The notes under the pieces: model-generated
The model's input: only the letters and a program-made list of their open reading frames with translations
What the model was told of the DNA's origin: nothing
The model's database searches: none
Shown: piece after piece, positions 38,349 through 48,565 of the stretch
How positions within the stretch are numbered: the stretch's first letter is position 1
Layout: every line of letters starts with the position of its first letter
Translations under genes and position numbers: made by a program
Source of the DNA: an uncultured Candidatus Saccharibacteria bacterium
Lineage (GTDB): Bacteria; Patescibacteriota; Minisyncoccia; Phycocordibacterales; UBA9973
NCBI GenBank assembly: GCA_964646765.1
Contig: CAZYIA010000001.1
Location: 341,621 to 405,620, forward strand
Direction of reading: 5' to 3'
Length of the DNA stretch: 64,000 nt

Positions 38349-39446
38349 ATGTCTACAGCTACTACAGCAGAACCACAGGCTCCAGTGAGCGCACTTCGTC
38401 TCTTGATTGATAAGGGACCGCAACCACTCTCACTCGACATGCTCGTGGAAGGACCAGTAATCGATATCGCGAAGAGCTCTGTATATATTGACCTTCGCCC
38501 ATTCGGTACCGGTATCATCTACGGCCGCGAATTTATCGCTGCCCGCGATATCATCAAGAAAATTAACATCGGTGATTTAGTAAAAGCTAAAATCGTTGAC
38601 GTTGAAAACGAAGACGGTTACATCGAACTTTCTCTTAAGGAAGCCAAGCAAGCTCTTATTTGGAGCGAAGCTGAAAAAGCTCAGAAAGGAAAAGTGCAGC
38701 TTGAAATTGCTGTTAAGGACGCAAACAAAGGTGGCCTTATTCTTGATTGGCAAGGTATCCCAGGATTCCTTCCAGCATCACAGCTTAAGAGTGAGCACTA
38801 CCCTCGCGTAGAAGATTCTGATAAGGAAAAAATCTTAAAGGAACTCCGTAAGATCGTTGGGAAGAAACTTACTGTTACCATCATTACCGCAAATCCGAAG
38901 GATGGAAAACTCATCTTCTCAGAAAAGGACTCAAATCCAGATGAGAAGAAGGAAATGATTTCAAAGTACGCCGTTGGTGACGAAGTTGAAACAGCTGTTT
39001 CTGGCCTCGTTGACTTCGGAATCTTCTTGAAACTTGAAGAAGGTCTTGAAGGTCTCGTGCACATTTCTGAAATCGACTGGGGTCTTGTTGAAGATCCAAA
39101 GGGAATGTTCCGCCTCGGTGACAAAGTGAAAGCTAAAATCATCGAAATCAAGGACGGCAAGGTTTCTCTCTCAATCAAGGCTCTCAAGGAAAACCCTTGG
39201 ACCGAATTTGAAGGAAAACTCAAGAAGGGCGACATTGTGAAAGGTGCAGTTATCAAGTTCAACAAGCACGGCGCGCTCGTTTCTATTAAGGAAGGTGTTG
39301 CTGGTCTTGTTCATAACTCAAACTTCGGCGGTGAAAACAAACTCCGCGAAAAGCTTGAGCTCGGTAAGATCTACAACTTCCAGATTACCCTCTTTGAACC
39401 AAAGGAGCATCGCATGACGCTCGCACACGTTGAAGAGAAGAAATAA
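38349..39446 (+). CDS. rpsA: 30S ribosomal protein S1
   Basis: Four S1 RNA-binding repeats, for example GDLVKAKIVDVENEDGYIELSLKEA. Confidence 0.75.
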   Translation: MSTATTAEPQAPVSALRLLIDKGPQPLSLDMLVEGPVIDIAKSSVYIDLRPFGTGIIYGREFIAARDIIKKINIGDLVKAKIVDVENEDGYIELSLKEAKQALIWSEAEKAQKGKVQLEIAVKDANKGGLILDWQGIPGFLPASQLKSEHYPRVEDSDKEKILKELRKIVGKKLTVTIITANPKDGKLIFSEKDSNPDEKKEMISKYAVGDEVETAVSGLVDFGIFLKLEEGLEGLVHISEIDWGLVEDPKGMFRLGDKVKAKIIEIKDGKVSLSIKALKENPWTEFEGKLKKGDIVKGAVIKFNKHGALVSIKEGVAGLVHNSNFGGENKLREKLELGKIYNFQITLFEPKEHRMTLAHVEEKK

Positions 39447-39462
39447 ATTTCTGATCGTAACT

Positions 39463-39490
39463 AAAAAATCCGCCGTACGGCGGATTTTTT
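39463..39490. terminator. Bidirectional intrinsic terminator
   Basis: AAAAAATCCGCCGTACGGCGGATTTTTT. Confidence 0.65.
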
Positions 39491-39506
39491 AGTTGGTAAC
39501 ATAAAC

Positions 39507-40277
39507 TTACTTTTTGTTTTGTTCTACTAATTCCTTTGCAACTTCACGAGTTAAAGAAAGACGGGTTATGAGATCCTTGAAAAAAAGATCTTTCTTTTCT
39601 TCCACTGAAAGAGACTGAGCATGATGTGAGGAAAAGTATTCATCTAATTCAGAGAGGTTAGAATCAGGAAACGCCTTTTGGAAAGCAGCATCTAATAAAG
39701 ATTTGTCTTTAAAATTATTCTCAAGAAATTGATCAACTTTCTTAGCAAGAACGGTGGCAATACTATGAATTGCAGTCTGAGAATCCTTTTCTGTAAGTAA
39801 AGAGGCGTCTTCAGTAAGCCATTTCTTAATGCTTTCTTTAAACTCTTCGCCATCAGTAGTAAGTACATTAAAATAACTTTTTGCTCCTTCAAATGCATCA
39901 ACATCAAAAATTGAATACCGCTTCATGTCTTTATCGAAAACGACATTCTTAAACTCAAGAGTTTTATTCTTTCTTTTTGGGTCATCATGAAGCCCATGAT
40001 CACTATCCTGGAAAACGTGATGGAGGATAAGACCGTCGGCAATAAATTGAGCTGGCGCATCATCATGAGGTGGAAGTGTCTCAAGTCGCTGTTTGTGAGA
40101 AAAATAACGATCCCCCTCTTGTACAATTTGGGAAACATTCATAACCCCACGAGCAAGCATAGATGCAAGATACTGTGAACGAGGAAAACTAGTGACTTCG
40201 AAAAACTTCTCACCTTTCTCTTTTGAGAGCATCGAAGTTTGTTCAGGATTAAGCTGAGACATAGGAAATTTTTCCAT
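39507..40277 (-). CDS. Hypothetical protein
   Basis: The ORF is 256 aa. No motif was recognised. Confidence 0.35.
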   Translation of the reverse strand: MEKFPMSQLNPEQTSMLSKEKGEKFFEVTSFPRSQYLASMLARGVMNVSQIVQEGDRYFSHKQRLETLPPHDDAPAQFIADGLILHHVFQDSDHGLHDDPKRKNKTLEFKNVVFDKDMKRYSIFDVDAFEGAKSYFNVLTTDGEEFKESIKKWLTEDASLLTEKDSQTAIHSIATVLAKKVDQFLENNFKDKSLLDAAFQKAFPDSNLSELDEYFSSHHAQSLSVEEKKDLFFKDLITRLSLTREVAKELVEQNKK

Positions 40278-40284
40278 ACTATTT

Positions 40285-40881
40285 TTACAGCGAATTACCT
40301 ATACTCATCGCTTTTGGTAGTCCGTCTGTAACCCAAATTTCAACCGCTTCTGCTATTCGTTTAGTTATTTTTTTAAGCTCGGCAACTTCACTCTCTCGAA
40401 ACTCTTTCATCAGAAAATCAATCACTGCTTCTTCGCCATGTGGCTTTTTTTGTTTACCGGTGGGTGTAGCTGGACAAATACCAACACGTACACGAGCAAA
40501 TTCTTGTGAACGTACTTTGCGAATGATTGACTCGAGCCCGTTATGGCCACCAGAACTGCGATCAAAGGATATTTTTATTCGGCCAAGAGAAAGATCAATG
40601 TCATCGTATACAACGAGCAGCTTCGCTAAGTCTTTTTTCTCTGCTAGAAGCGGCGCAACACTGCTGCCAGAGTTATTCATGAAATTATTTGGCAACAGAA
40701 ATGTCACACTCTTTCCTTCAATCTTCCCTTTTGAAACGAGTGCTTTTATTTTTTGATCTTCCTTCCAATCAGAAAAATCATACTTCTTTGCAAGCACTTG
40801 AAGTACGAAACGCCCAACGTTGTGGCGTGTACCAGCGTACTCAGGTTCTGGATTTCCTAAACCAACAATGAGGTATGACAT
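40285..40881 (-). CDS. pth: Peptidyl-tRNA hydrolase
   Basis: LIVGLGNPEPEYAGTRHNVG is the typical Pth N-terminus. Confidence 0.8.
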   Translation of the reverse strand: MSYLIVGLGNPEPEYAGTRHNVGRFVLQVLAKKYDFSDWKEDQKIKALVSKGKIEGKSVTFLLPNNFMNNSGSSVAPLLAEKKDLAKLLVVYDDIDLSLGRIKISFDRSSGGHNGLESIIRKVRSQEFARVRVGICPATPTGKQKKPHGEEAVIDFLMKEFRESEVAELKKITKRIAEAVEIWVTDGLPKAMSIGNSL

Positions 40882-40981
40882 AGGTGCGCATAGTGTAGCA
40901 TACGAGACAATAATGAAGAGAAACCGAACAACAACATAATTAAAGTGGTGTCAAGTTAGTTTCCGTATTATACTAACCACC

Positions 40982-41566
40982 ATGGAAAATAACGTGGATC
41001 TTCCGAAAAACGGAGATGTACAGAAAGAGGAATCGTGGTGGGAACTTATACGATTTGCCATCATTGTTCTTATTATTGCTATTGGTGTTCGAGTGTTTGT
41101 TGCTCAGCCATTCATTGTTTCAGGTGCATCAATGGTGCCAACGTTTCAAGACCATAACTATCTGATTGTTGACGAAATCTCCTACCGATTTGAGAAACCA
41201 CAACGTGGTGATGTCATCATTTTTCATCCACCCGGCCAACCAACCGGCATCTACTATATTAAGCGTATCATTGGTCTTCCAGGAGAAACAATAAAAATTA
41301 CTGCAGGAAAGGTAAGCATTATTAACAGTGAGCATCCAGACGGTTTTGTTTTAGACGAACCTTATCTGAAAAATATTTCGTACGAAACGATGAGTAAAAC
41401 ATTGGGTACCAGCGAATATTTTGTTATGGGAGATAATCGTCCGGAAAGTTCTGACTCTCGTGTCTGGGGTACTCTTCCAGCACAAAATATTGTTGGCCGA
41501 GCATTCCTTCGACTTTTGCCATTTACTGATGTTGGAGTTTTTCCTGGCACCTATCATTCGTACTAA
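40982..41566 (+). CDS. lepB: Signal peptidase I
   Basis: S26 motifs GASMVPT, RGDVIIF and GDNR. Confidence 0.8.
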   Translation: MENNVDLPKNGDVQKEESWWELIRFAIIVLIIAIGVRVFVAQPFIVSGASMVPTFQDHNYLIVDEISYRFEKPQRGDVIIFHPPGQPTGIYYIKRIIGLPGETIKITAGKVSIINSEHPDGFVLDEPYLKNISYETMSKTLGTSEYFVMGDNRPESSDSRVWGTLPAQNIVGRAFLRLLPFTDVGVFPGTYHSY

Positions 41567-41605
41567 CAGTTTCCTTATTAGTTTAAAAATTTAAAGCAAG
41601 AAGTT

Positions 41606-42907
41606 ATGGCAGACAAACCAAAGAAAGGCGGGGCCGCTCCCCTTGCCGCACCGAAAGGAATGCGCGATATCCGCGGAGATGAGTATTATCTCTTTCAGGG
41701 ATTTTTTGAAAAAGCCCAAGAAGTTGCTCTCTACTATGGATTCTCACCAATAGAAACACCAATTCTTGAACACGAAGGAGTATTTACTTCGGCAATTGGC
41801 ATTGGCACCGATGTTGTTGATAAGGAAATGTATACCTTAAAAACCAAAGGTGGTGACCACCTCGCCATGCGTCCTGAACATACCGCAGCATTAATGCGTG
41901 CGTATATTGAACAAGGCATGCAGAGTGAACCACAGCCAGTACTGTTTTATCAGTATGGTCCAGTGTTCCGTCACGACAAACCACAACGCGGTCGTTATCG
42001 CCAATTTTGGCAGTTTGATGTCGATGCACTAGGATCAGAAAAAAGTATCGTTGACGCGTTGGTGCTAAAAACGGTCTACACCATTCTCGAAGACGCTGGT
42101 GCGACAAACCTCTCAGTTGAAATAAATTCAATTGGCGACAAAGAGTGCCGTCCTCAGTATATTCGTGAACTCACGAACTACTATAAAAAACACATTTCCT
42201 CTCTTCCGCCAGTTGACCGCGAACGATTAAAAACAAATCCACTTCGCATTCTTGATTCAAAGGAAGAAAAAACAAAAGAGATTAACGAAGGCGCTCCAGA
42301 TTCTATCTCCTACCTCTGCCCTGCATGTAAAAAACACTTTAAAGAAGTACTTGAGTACTTAGAAGAGATCGGTATTCCGTACACCATCAACAAAAATCTT
42401 GTTCGTGGTCTTTCCTACTACACCCGCACCGTATTTGAAATTATTGAAAACACCGCGGGAGAAGACGGTGCGCCACTTACTATTGCTGCTGGCGGGCGCT
42501 ACGACTATCTTGGTAAGCAACTAGGTTCTAAAAAAGATGTACCAGCTATTGGTATTTCAATGGGTGTTGATCGTATCTTAACTATGCCATGGTACAAGAA
42601 GCACACACCACGAATCATGAAGAAGCCAAAAATTTACTTCATCCAGCTTGGTGCAGATGCGAAACTCAAGAGTTTAAATGTTATCGAAGTACTCCGCAAA
42701 GCTCATATTCCAATCATGCAAGCCCTTTCAAAGGATAGTTTGGGTTCACAGCTTGCGGTAGCGGAAAAACTTGGTGTCCCCTACACAATTATTTTCGGCC
42801 AGAAAGAAGCTATCGAAAATTCTGTTATTGTTCGCAATATGCAGAGTCGCTCACAAGAAACCGTAAAACTTCCAAAACTTCTTGAATATTTGAAAGAACT
42901 AAAATAG
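41606..42907 (+). CDS. hisS: Histidine--tRNA ligase
   Basis: Class II aaRS motifs and the HisRS-specific segment FRHDKPQRGRYRQFWQFDVD. Confidence 0.85.
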   Translation: MADKPKKGGAAPLAAPKGMRDIRGDEYYLFQGFFEKAQEVALYYGFSPIETPILEHEGVFTSAIGIGTDVVDKEMYTLKTKGGDHLAMRPEHTAALMRAYIEQGMQSEPQPVLFYQYGPVFRHDKPQRGRYRQFWQFDVDALGSEKSIVDALVLKTVYTILEDAGATNLSVEINSIGDKECRPQYIRELTNYYKKHISSLPPVDRERLKTNPLRILDSKEEKTKEINEGAPDSISYLCPACKKHFKEVLEYLEEIGIPYTINKNLVRGLSYYTRTVFEIIENTAGEDGAPLTIAAGGRYDYLGKQLGSKKDVPAIGISMGVDRILTMPWYKKHTPRIMKKPKIYFIQLGADAKLKSLNVIEVLRKAHIPIMQALSKDSLGSQLAVAEKLGVPYTIIFGQKEAIENSVIVRNMQSRSQETVKLPKLLEYLKELK

Positions 42908-42990
42908 AACTAAGACATAAGTAGTAAGACGTAAGACAAGGCATCGGATTCACTTTATTACTACTTACGTCTTACTACTTACTACTTTGT

Positions 42991-43542
42991 ATGTCTTCTC
43001 TTACCATTATTCAATCGGGGCACCCAGCGTTACGAAAAAAATCAGCGCCGGTACCGATTAAAGAAATATCTTCGCCTAAGATTCAAGATATCATTCGGCG
43101 AATGAAAGATGCCCTCGCTACCCAGGCTGATGGTGTGGCTATTGCTGCTCCCCAAATTGCCGAAAATGTACGCATTTTTGTGGTATCTGGCAAAGTGTTT
43201 GATGATCGTTTTAAACGCGGTAAAGGTATACCGGCTGGCGAAAAGCCAAATCACCCTGATCAGGTATACATCAACCCTGAGTTTGTAAAAATTTCAAAGA
43301 AAACATTGTGGCTCGAAGAAGGTTGTCTCTCAGTACGCCCACTCTATGGTTTAGTAAAACGATCCACCAACGCCACCGTAAAAGCGTACGATGAACATGG
43401 AAAAAAATTTGAACGTGGTGGTGGTGGACTTCTCGCCCATATTTTCCAGCATGAAATTGATCACCTTGATGGCACACTCTTTATCGACAAAGCAAAAGAC
43501 ATTCACGAGAATGGAGTAGATAAAACTGCTGATCCCGCGTAA
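42991..43542 (+). CDS. def: Peptide deformylase
   Basis: EGCLS and QHEIDHLDG motifs. Confidence 0.8.
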   Translation: MSSLTIIQSGHPALRKKSAPVPIKEISSPKIQDIIRRMKDALATQADGVAIAAPQIAENVRIFVVSGKVFDDRFKRGKGIPAGEKPNHPDQVYINPEFVKISKKTLWLEEGCLSVRPLYGLVKRSTNATVKAYDEHGKKFERGGGGLLAHIFQHEIDHLDGTLFIDKAKDIHENGVDKTADPA

Positions 43543-43557
43543 AATGGGCGTATCTCT

Positions 43558-44397
43558 ATGAAGATCGCTTTCTGGGGTACTCCCCCGCTTACCATCACTA
43601 TTTTAGATGCACTCAAAGATGCTGGTTACACTCCGGTAGTTATTGTTACTGGCCCTGACAAAAAAGTTGGCCGTGGCCTCACTCTTACATCCCCTGAACC
43701 AAAACTATGGGCAGAAAAAAACAATATTCCCGTTCTTCAGCCTGAGAAACTGGATGAAACTTTTTTTGAGGAACTAAAAAAATACAACCTCGATCTTTCT
43801 ATCGTTGTTGCCTATGGAAAAATACTACCGAAAAAAACTATCGATCTCCCAAAACATGGTACATGGAATATTCACTATTCTCTTCTTCCTCGCTGGCGTG
43901 GTGCTACTCCAGTTGAAGCAGCAATTTTAGCCGGTGATAGCGAGACCGGAGTTTCAATTCAACAAATGGCACCAAAACTCGATAGTGGTGATGTTTTAAA
44001 TGAAACACGCATGACACTCTGGGGAAACGAAAAAGCTCCTCTACTTCGCGAAGAACTGAATAAGCAAGCTGCCTCATTACTTATTGAAACCATTACCAAA
44101 CTTACTAACGGTTCGCTTGTTCAAAATCCTCAAGACGAAGAATTTGCTACACACTGCGGCAAAATGAGTAAAGCTGACGGTGAAATAAATCCTGATGGTA
44201 ATCCTATAGAAAACGATCGCAAGTTTCGTGCCTACTTTGCTTGGCCAGGTACTTACTTTTTTGTAGACCGTGGTGGCAAGAAAGTTCGTGTCATTGTTAA
44301 AGACGCCGTTTTTGAAAACGGGAAATTTAGCATCAAACGAGTCTTACCTGAAGGCAAGAAAGAAATTTCGTACGAAGAGTTTCTTCGCTCGCTTTAA
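43558..44397 (+). CDS. fmt: Methionyl-tRNA formyltransferase
   Basis: A formyltransferase fold with the HYSLLPRWRGA motif. It lies downstream of def. Confidence 0.8.
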   Translation: MKIAFWGTPPLTITILDALKDAGYTPVVIVTGPDKKVGRGLTLTSPEPKLWAEKNNIPVLQPEKLDETFFEELKKYNLDLSIVVAYGKILPKKTIDLPKHGTWNIHYSLLPRWRGATPVEAAILAGDSETGVSIQQMAPKLDSGDVLNETRMTLWGNEKAPLLREELNKQAASLLIETITKLTNGSLVQNPQDEEFATHCGKMSKADGEINPDGNPIENDRKFRAYFAWPGTYFFVDRGGKKVRVIVKDAVFENGKFSIKRVLPEGKKEISYEEFLRSL

Positions 44398-44398
44398 G

Positions 44399-44800
44399 CT
44401 ACTCCATCTCTACTTTCGAGGTAAAGGGATTTCGTTTTGAAATACCTTTAAGCATCTTTTTAATACTACGTGCACCGCGAATAATGAGTGTACGTGCGCG
44501 ATCGCGCTTGCCAGTAAGTTCTCGGATGAGTTCTTCTCGAACTTCATCAATTGCTGCGTAGATATGATCTTTTTCAGCTCGAGCAAAAAATTGGCGGCCA
44601 TTTACTGAAAGAGTCACTTCTGCCCGAAAAATATCGCCTTGTTTGTGGTGGTTAGTTGTTTTTGCAAGAAGAAGTTGAAGGGTATGAATATTTTCACGTT
44701 CATGAAGATATTTTTCGATACCGGATAAACGCTTCTCGGCATACTCCGTAAGTGCCTGAGTTTCATCAACACCTTGAGTTTGAATAGAGATGGTAGCCAT
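44399..44800 (-). CDS. hpf: Ribosome hibernation promoting factor (HPF/RaiA family)
   Basis: MATISIQTQGVDETQALTEYAEKRLSGIEKYL.., which is an S30AE-family pattern. Confidence 0.7.
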   Translation of the reverse strand: MATISIQTQGVDETQALTEYAEKRLSGIEKYLHERENIHTLQLLLAKTTNHHKQGDIFRAEVTLSVNGRQFFARAEKDHIYAAIDEVREELIRELTGKRDRARTLIIRGARSIKKMLKGISKRNPFTSKVEME

Positions 44801-44842
44801 ACAATTTACGATTATTCGTCATACTGACGACATACTACTAAC

Positions 44843-45064
44843 TTAACGCAATTTAAATAATTTTTGAGAGTGATGATGACCTTTTATCAACATCAGATCT
44901 GCAGGTTTCTTTTTATAAAATGCTGCAACAAGTTCCATAACTCTCGCATTTGCTCTGTTTTCTTCTCTCGGTTCCCGAACAGAAACCAGGAGGACACCAT
45001 TTTTCTCCTGAACCACTTCAGTTTTTGCAGAAGCGGTTACTTTTACCCGAATGAATTCTGGCAT
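44843..45064 (-). CDS. DUF167 (YggU-like) small protein
   Basis: A VKVTASAK...LLVSVREPREENRAN-like pattern. The start was set at MPEF. Confidence 0.4.
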   Translation of the reverse strand: MPEFIRVKVTASAKTEVVQEKNGVLLVSVREPREENRANARVMELVAAFYKKKPADLMLIKGHHHSQKLFKLR

Positions 45065-45216
45065 CCCTTTACAGTATACTACTTTTTTTGGTAGGATGGC
45101 CGCTGTACGTTCTTTTCGCAAGTTTACCCTTGAGAAATCAGTGGGTAGACACACTTCGAAAGTATGTTCTCATTTTGGCTTCGGCTACTGTGCGAATGTG
45201 CGCTCGAAGTGCACAT

Positions 45217-45288
45217 TCCGCGGTAGCTCAGCGGTAGAGCGTCCCGCTGTTAACGGGAGGGTCCCTGGTTCGAATCCAGGCCGCGGAG
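45217..45288 (+). tRNA. tRNA-Asn(GTT)
   Basis: Acceptor stem TCCGCGG/CCGCGGA. Anticodon stem TCCCG/CGGGA with loop CTGTTAA. T-arm CCTGG-TTCGAAT-CCAGG. Confidence 0.85.
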
Positions 45289-46995
45289 CATAGTAGAAAA
45301 AACTGGCGAAAACTCGCTGGTTTTTTCGTTTAAGCTTTTCATATCAAGCCAATTCTTAGGTTCGGACTTTTGAAATTCGCTTTCCATCAAAGAAACTACT
45401 TCAAAGAGCTTCTCAACTGATTTTTGCTTGATAACACTAACTTTTTCTTCATCCCACACTAGGTTCGTACCAAGTCTATGAAGTAGTGATTTTTTAGCTT
45501 TTAATTGACCATTCTGCATTACATCAAAGAACTCTTGAGACAGGTCAATAATCTCATTTGCTCTCTTGGTCCAGTCAAAGGTATTAGTTGGCTTATTAGA
45601 GGTCTTAAAACGCTCCTCAAGGTCTCTTAAATCGCTTTTGTATTCATCTTCGGTGATAAGCTCATTAGCCAATATTTTACGCATCTTCCTCTTCATATCC
45701 TCATATTCATCCGATTGCTTTAAGGCTATTTCTTCCTTAAGAAGATTTTCATTAATCTCATTGTCTCTAAGCTCGCTTATGAACTTTCTAGCCCAATCAG
45801 CTACTTTCTGAGACATAGGTATTTTACCTTTTGCATCAGCAAGTAAGGCGGTCATTATTTTGTCAGAATTAATAGACTTAACTCCTAGTTTTTTCTTCTT
45901 ACGAGTTATGTTGTAGTAGTAAGAGTAATCTAAATACTTTGGTTTTTCCATTTTATCTATCTCAATACCACACTGAGGGCATTGAGTTTTGTCTCTGTAA
46001 GGAAATTTGTTTTTGCAATCACAGATAACCTGATACTTCTTATCAAGCCCAATGTATTCACCATTTGGAGAAGATACAAAACCTACAAAAACATCATCGT
46101 GTGTTTGTGTCTTTGGGATATTTCTCCTTTGTAAGATTGCTTTTATTTTATTGTGTTCATCTTCCGTGATTAAGCGAGGCAACTCTTTATCTAGTTCATA
46201 TCTTTCACCTCCATAGAAAAAGAAACCAGCGTAAATTGGGTCTGTAAGTATTTCATATATTCTTGATAGTTGAATGAGTTCACCTCCAATTCTTTTTCTT
46301 CTAACAGTAGTGAGCTTAAGGTCTTTTGTTGCATATCCGTGTAGCTTGCCAGCGGACCATTCACCAGTTAAAAAAGTTTTCAGTATCTGTTGTATTTTGG
46401 GAAGTCTTTCCTTATCAACTAACCATTTTCTATTTCCTTTTTCTTCTGTTTTGTCGTTTAGAAAACCGAGAGAAGCAACTCCGTGAGGTATACCCAGTGT
46501 TGCTTTCTTGGTCTGACCACGTTTAACATTTATAGATAAATCTTTTACAAACTGTTTACCTTGCCCAAATTCAACAGACATAAGTAAAACATTGTCAGTT
46601 GGATAATAAACCTTATCGTGAGTAATAATTGCTTTTAGAACACCAGAGCTTAGTAAATCAATCAACATTCCTCCCTCGGTCATATTTCGTGCCAATCGGT
46701 CAAGTTTCCAACACACAATGGCATCAATTACACCGCTTTTTATCATAGCTATCATCTCGCCAAATTGAGGTCTAACAAACTCTTTTTTGGCTGATTTCGC
46801 TTCTTGAAATATTTGTATAAACTTTGGGAGCTTATAGTACTCAGCAATCCTTTGAGCTTCTTCAATTTGCGAAACCACTGAAAGCATTTGCTTATCTTCA
46901 CTCTCAGAAGACTTTCTGTTGTAATTTACTGGCTTTAATTTTGTGAAATCAAGTTGTATATAATTATTCATAAATAAAAATGAGGTAACGACCAT
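45250..46995 (-). CDS. Large serine recombinase/integrase, paralogous to the one at 17345..18919
   Basis: Catalytic segment NRKSSESEDKQ and W.LDRLARN, a recombinase domain, and a zinc ribbon CDCKNKF...CPQCG. The last 13 codons overlap the tRNA-Asn 3' half. Confidence 0.85.
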   Translation of the reverse strand: MVVTSFLFMNNYIQLDFTKLKPVNYNRKSSESEDKQMLSVVSQIEEAQRIAEYYKLPKFIQIFQEAKSAKKEFVRPQFGEMIAMIKSGVIDAIVCWKLDRLARNMTEGGMLIDLLSSGVLKAIITHDKVYYPTDNVLLMSVEFGQGKQFVKDLSINVKRGQTKKATLGIPHGVASLGFLNDKTEEKGNRKWLVDKERLPKIQQILKTFLTGEWSAGKLHGYATKDLKLTTVRRKRIGGELIQLSRIYEILTDPIYAGFFFYGGERYELDKELPRLITEDEHNKIKAILQRRNIPKTQTHDDVFVGFVSSPNGEYIGLDKKYQVICDCKNKFPYRDKTQCPQCGIEIDKMEKPKYLDYSYYYNITRKKKKLGVKSINSDKIMTALLADAKGKIPMSQKVADWARKFISELRDNEINENLLKEEIALKQSDEYEDMKRKMRKILANELITEDEYKSDLRDLEERFKTSNKPTNTFDWTKRANEIIDLSQEFFDVMQNGQLKAKKSLLHRLGTNLVWDEEKVSVIKQKSVEKLFEVVSLMESEFQKSEPKNWLDMKSLNEKTSEFSPVFSTMLRGLDSNQGPSR

Positions 46996-47425
46996 TACTT
47001 AAGTTGCTACACCAAGTGGGTCATTACCTCGTTTTTATCCACAAAAATACTTAATTATAGTAAAAGTATTTTTATGATATTCACCTGGTGTAGCACTTAC
47101 ATTTTATCACAGTTGTAAGTATCTGTTTATCTTTACTCTATCCAAAAAGATAGTTAAAAGCCCTATATAATAGATGCTTTACTTAACCGTTTGATGATTA
47201 TTTTTATTCTCATCTCAAGTACGGAAACTATATTTTCCTTATTCAGTATTGCTATTACCACAATACAACTTAGACCTTATGTAGTTCTTAGTATCGGGTA
47301 GGATTATAGTTTTACATTGTTCCTATTTATCCCGCTTTTCTTTACTCCCTCCAACTAGGATTGCTGTCCCAGACATCAGTTATAAAGTCCTTATATTTTT
47401 ACAGCTATAAGGTCCGCCCACCGTT

Positions 47426-47471
47426 AGAGTCATTACTGACTCTGTACTGTCTACTGCAATAGACAGTACAG
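47426..47471. repeat. Twin perfect palindromes inside the AT-rich noncoding block
   Basis: AGAGTCA-TTAC-TGACTCT is directly followed by CTGTACTGTCTA-CTGCAA-TAGACAGTACAG. Confidence 0.6.
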
Positions 47472-47660
47472 AATTAGCAATTATTTTCTATTCTTAACTT
47501 CAAACCTTGAGCCATAATTTCAAGAAACAACTGACCTAAATGGTCCAGTTCTTCTTCTGATAAAGAATTAACAAAAACCTCTCCATATTCTTTCTGGAGA
47601 ACTTCTTTAAGTTCAGTTAATGCTTTGTTACTAAGACTCATAGTTTGAGTCCTCTCGTAT

Positions 47661-47686
47661 GCAAAAAGCAGTCTAGAGGACTGCTT
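47661..47686 (-). terminator. Intrinsic terminator for the minus-strand gene ending at 47724
   Basis: The minus strand reads AAGCAGTCCTCTAGACTGCTTTTTGC. Confidence 0.5.
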
Positions 47687-47723
47687 ATATTGTCGTATTT
47701 ATCTCTATTTACCTCAGCCCCTT

Positions 47724-48557
47724 TTAAGGGATTTGCTTAAATAATCCAATTTTAATTTGAGTCTTATTTTTCTTTGCTTTTTCTATAATTGCCTTAACAT
47801 AGTCAGCCTTATAAGGTCCATTTTTAGGTGATTTTAGATTAAATCTGTGGAAAAGATAATGTGCTATTAATTCGTATTTTGCTCTATACAAGGCAATTCT
47901 TTTACCGTTTGGTGAAAAATGTGATTTGTATTCTGTGGGAAATTTTAAAGCAAAAGCATCTCTTATTTCTTCAGAGCTAAATGTATCTAAAACACGGACC
48001 CATAAATCAAAATTATAACTTTCTTCTTTTCTAGCACGATTTTTTTGTCTTTTAATGCTAACTCCAATTTCCTTGAACTTATTTATTAGGTTATTTTCTT
48101 TTTTATTTAAAAAATCTGCAATTTGTTTTTTGTCTCCTCCTGGAAGTATTTTTAGATAAAGTGCCTTTTCTTTGTCGTTACTAACAAACCAAGAGATATT
48201 CTCAAAGGGTACTTCTGTATCGTATTGAATACCACCAAATAAAAGAATTTCTTGCACTACAAAATTCCAATCCTCTCTCATAATCAGGTATTGGTATTCA
48301 GGATATTTTTTTGCTAAAGCCTTACGAAAATTTACAAAAGCTTTTTCAAGCTTAGAATTTGTGTTGATTATATTACTAACAAAATCTTTTCTATACAAAA
48401 AAGAAGTCCATTCATATTTATCAATCAAAAAATCAAATTGATGACCATCTATACCACCAATTTTTCTGTACTTTTCAGCGATAACTTCAGTTTCTAAACT
48501 GTCTATTTTTTCTAGAGCTAATCTTTTTCTTTTGTCACTTGGTGTAGCATTTTTCAT
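47724..48557 (-). CDS. Hypothetical protein encoded immediately downstream of res
   Basis: The ORF is 277 aa and lysine-rich. No motif was recognised. Confidence 0.4.
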   Translation of the reverse strand: MKNATPSDKRKRLALEKIDSLETEVIAEKYRKIGGIDGHQFDFLIDKYEWTSFLYRKDFVSNIINTNSKLEKAFVNFRKALAKKYPEYQYLIMREDWNFVVQEILLFGGIQYDTEVPFENISWFVSNDKEKALYLKILPGGDKKQIADFLNKKENNLINKFKEIGVSIKRQKNRARKEESYNFDLWVRVLDTFSSEEIRDAFALKFPTEYKSHFSPNGKRIALYRAKYELIAHYLFHRFNLKSPKNGPYKADYVKAIIEKAKKNKTQIKIGLFKQIP

Positions 48558-48565
48558 AAACGAGT

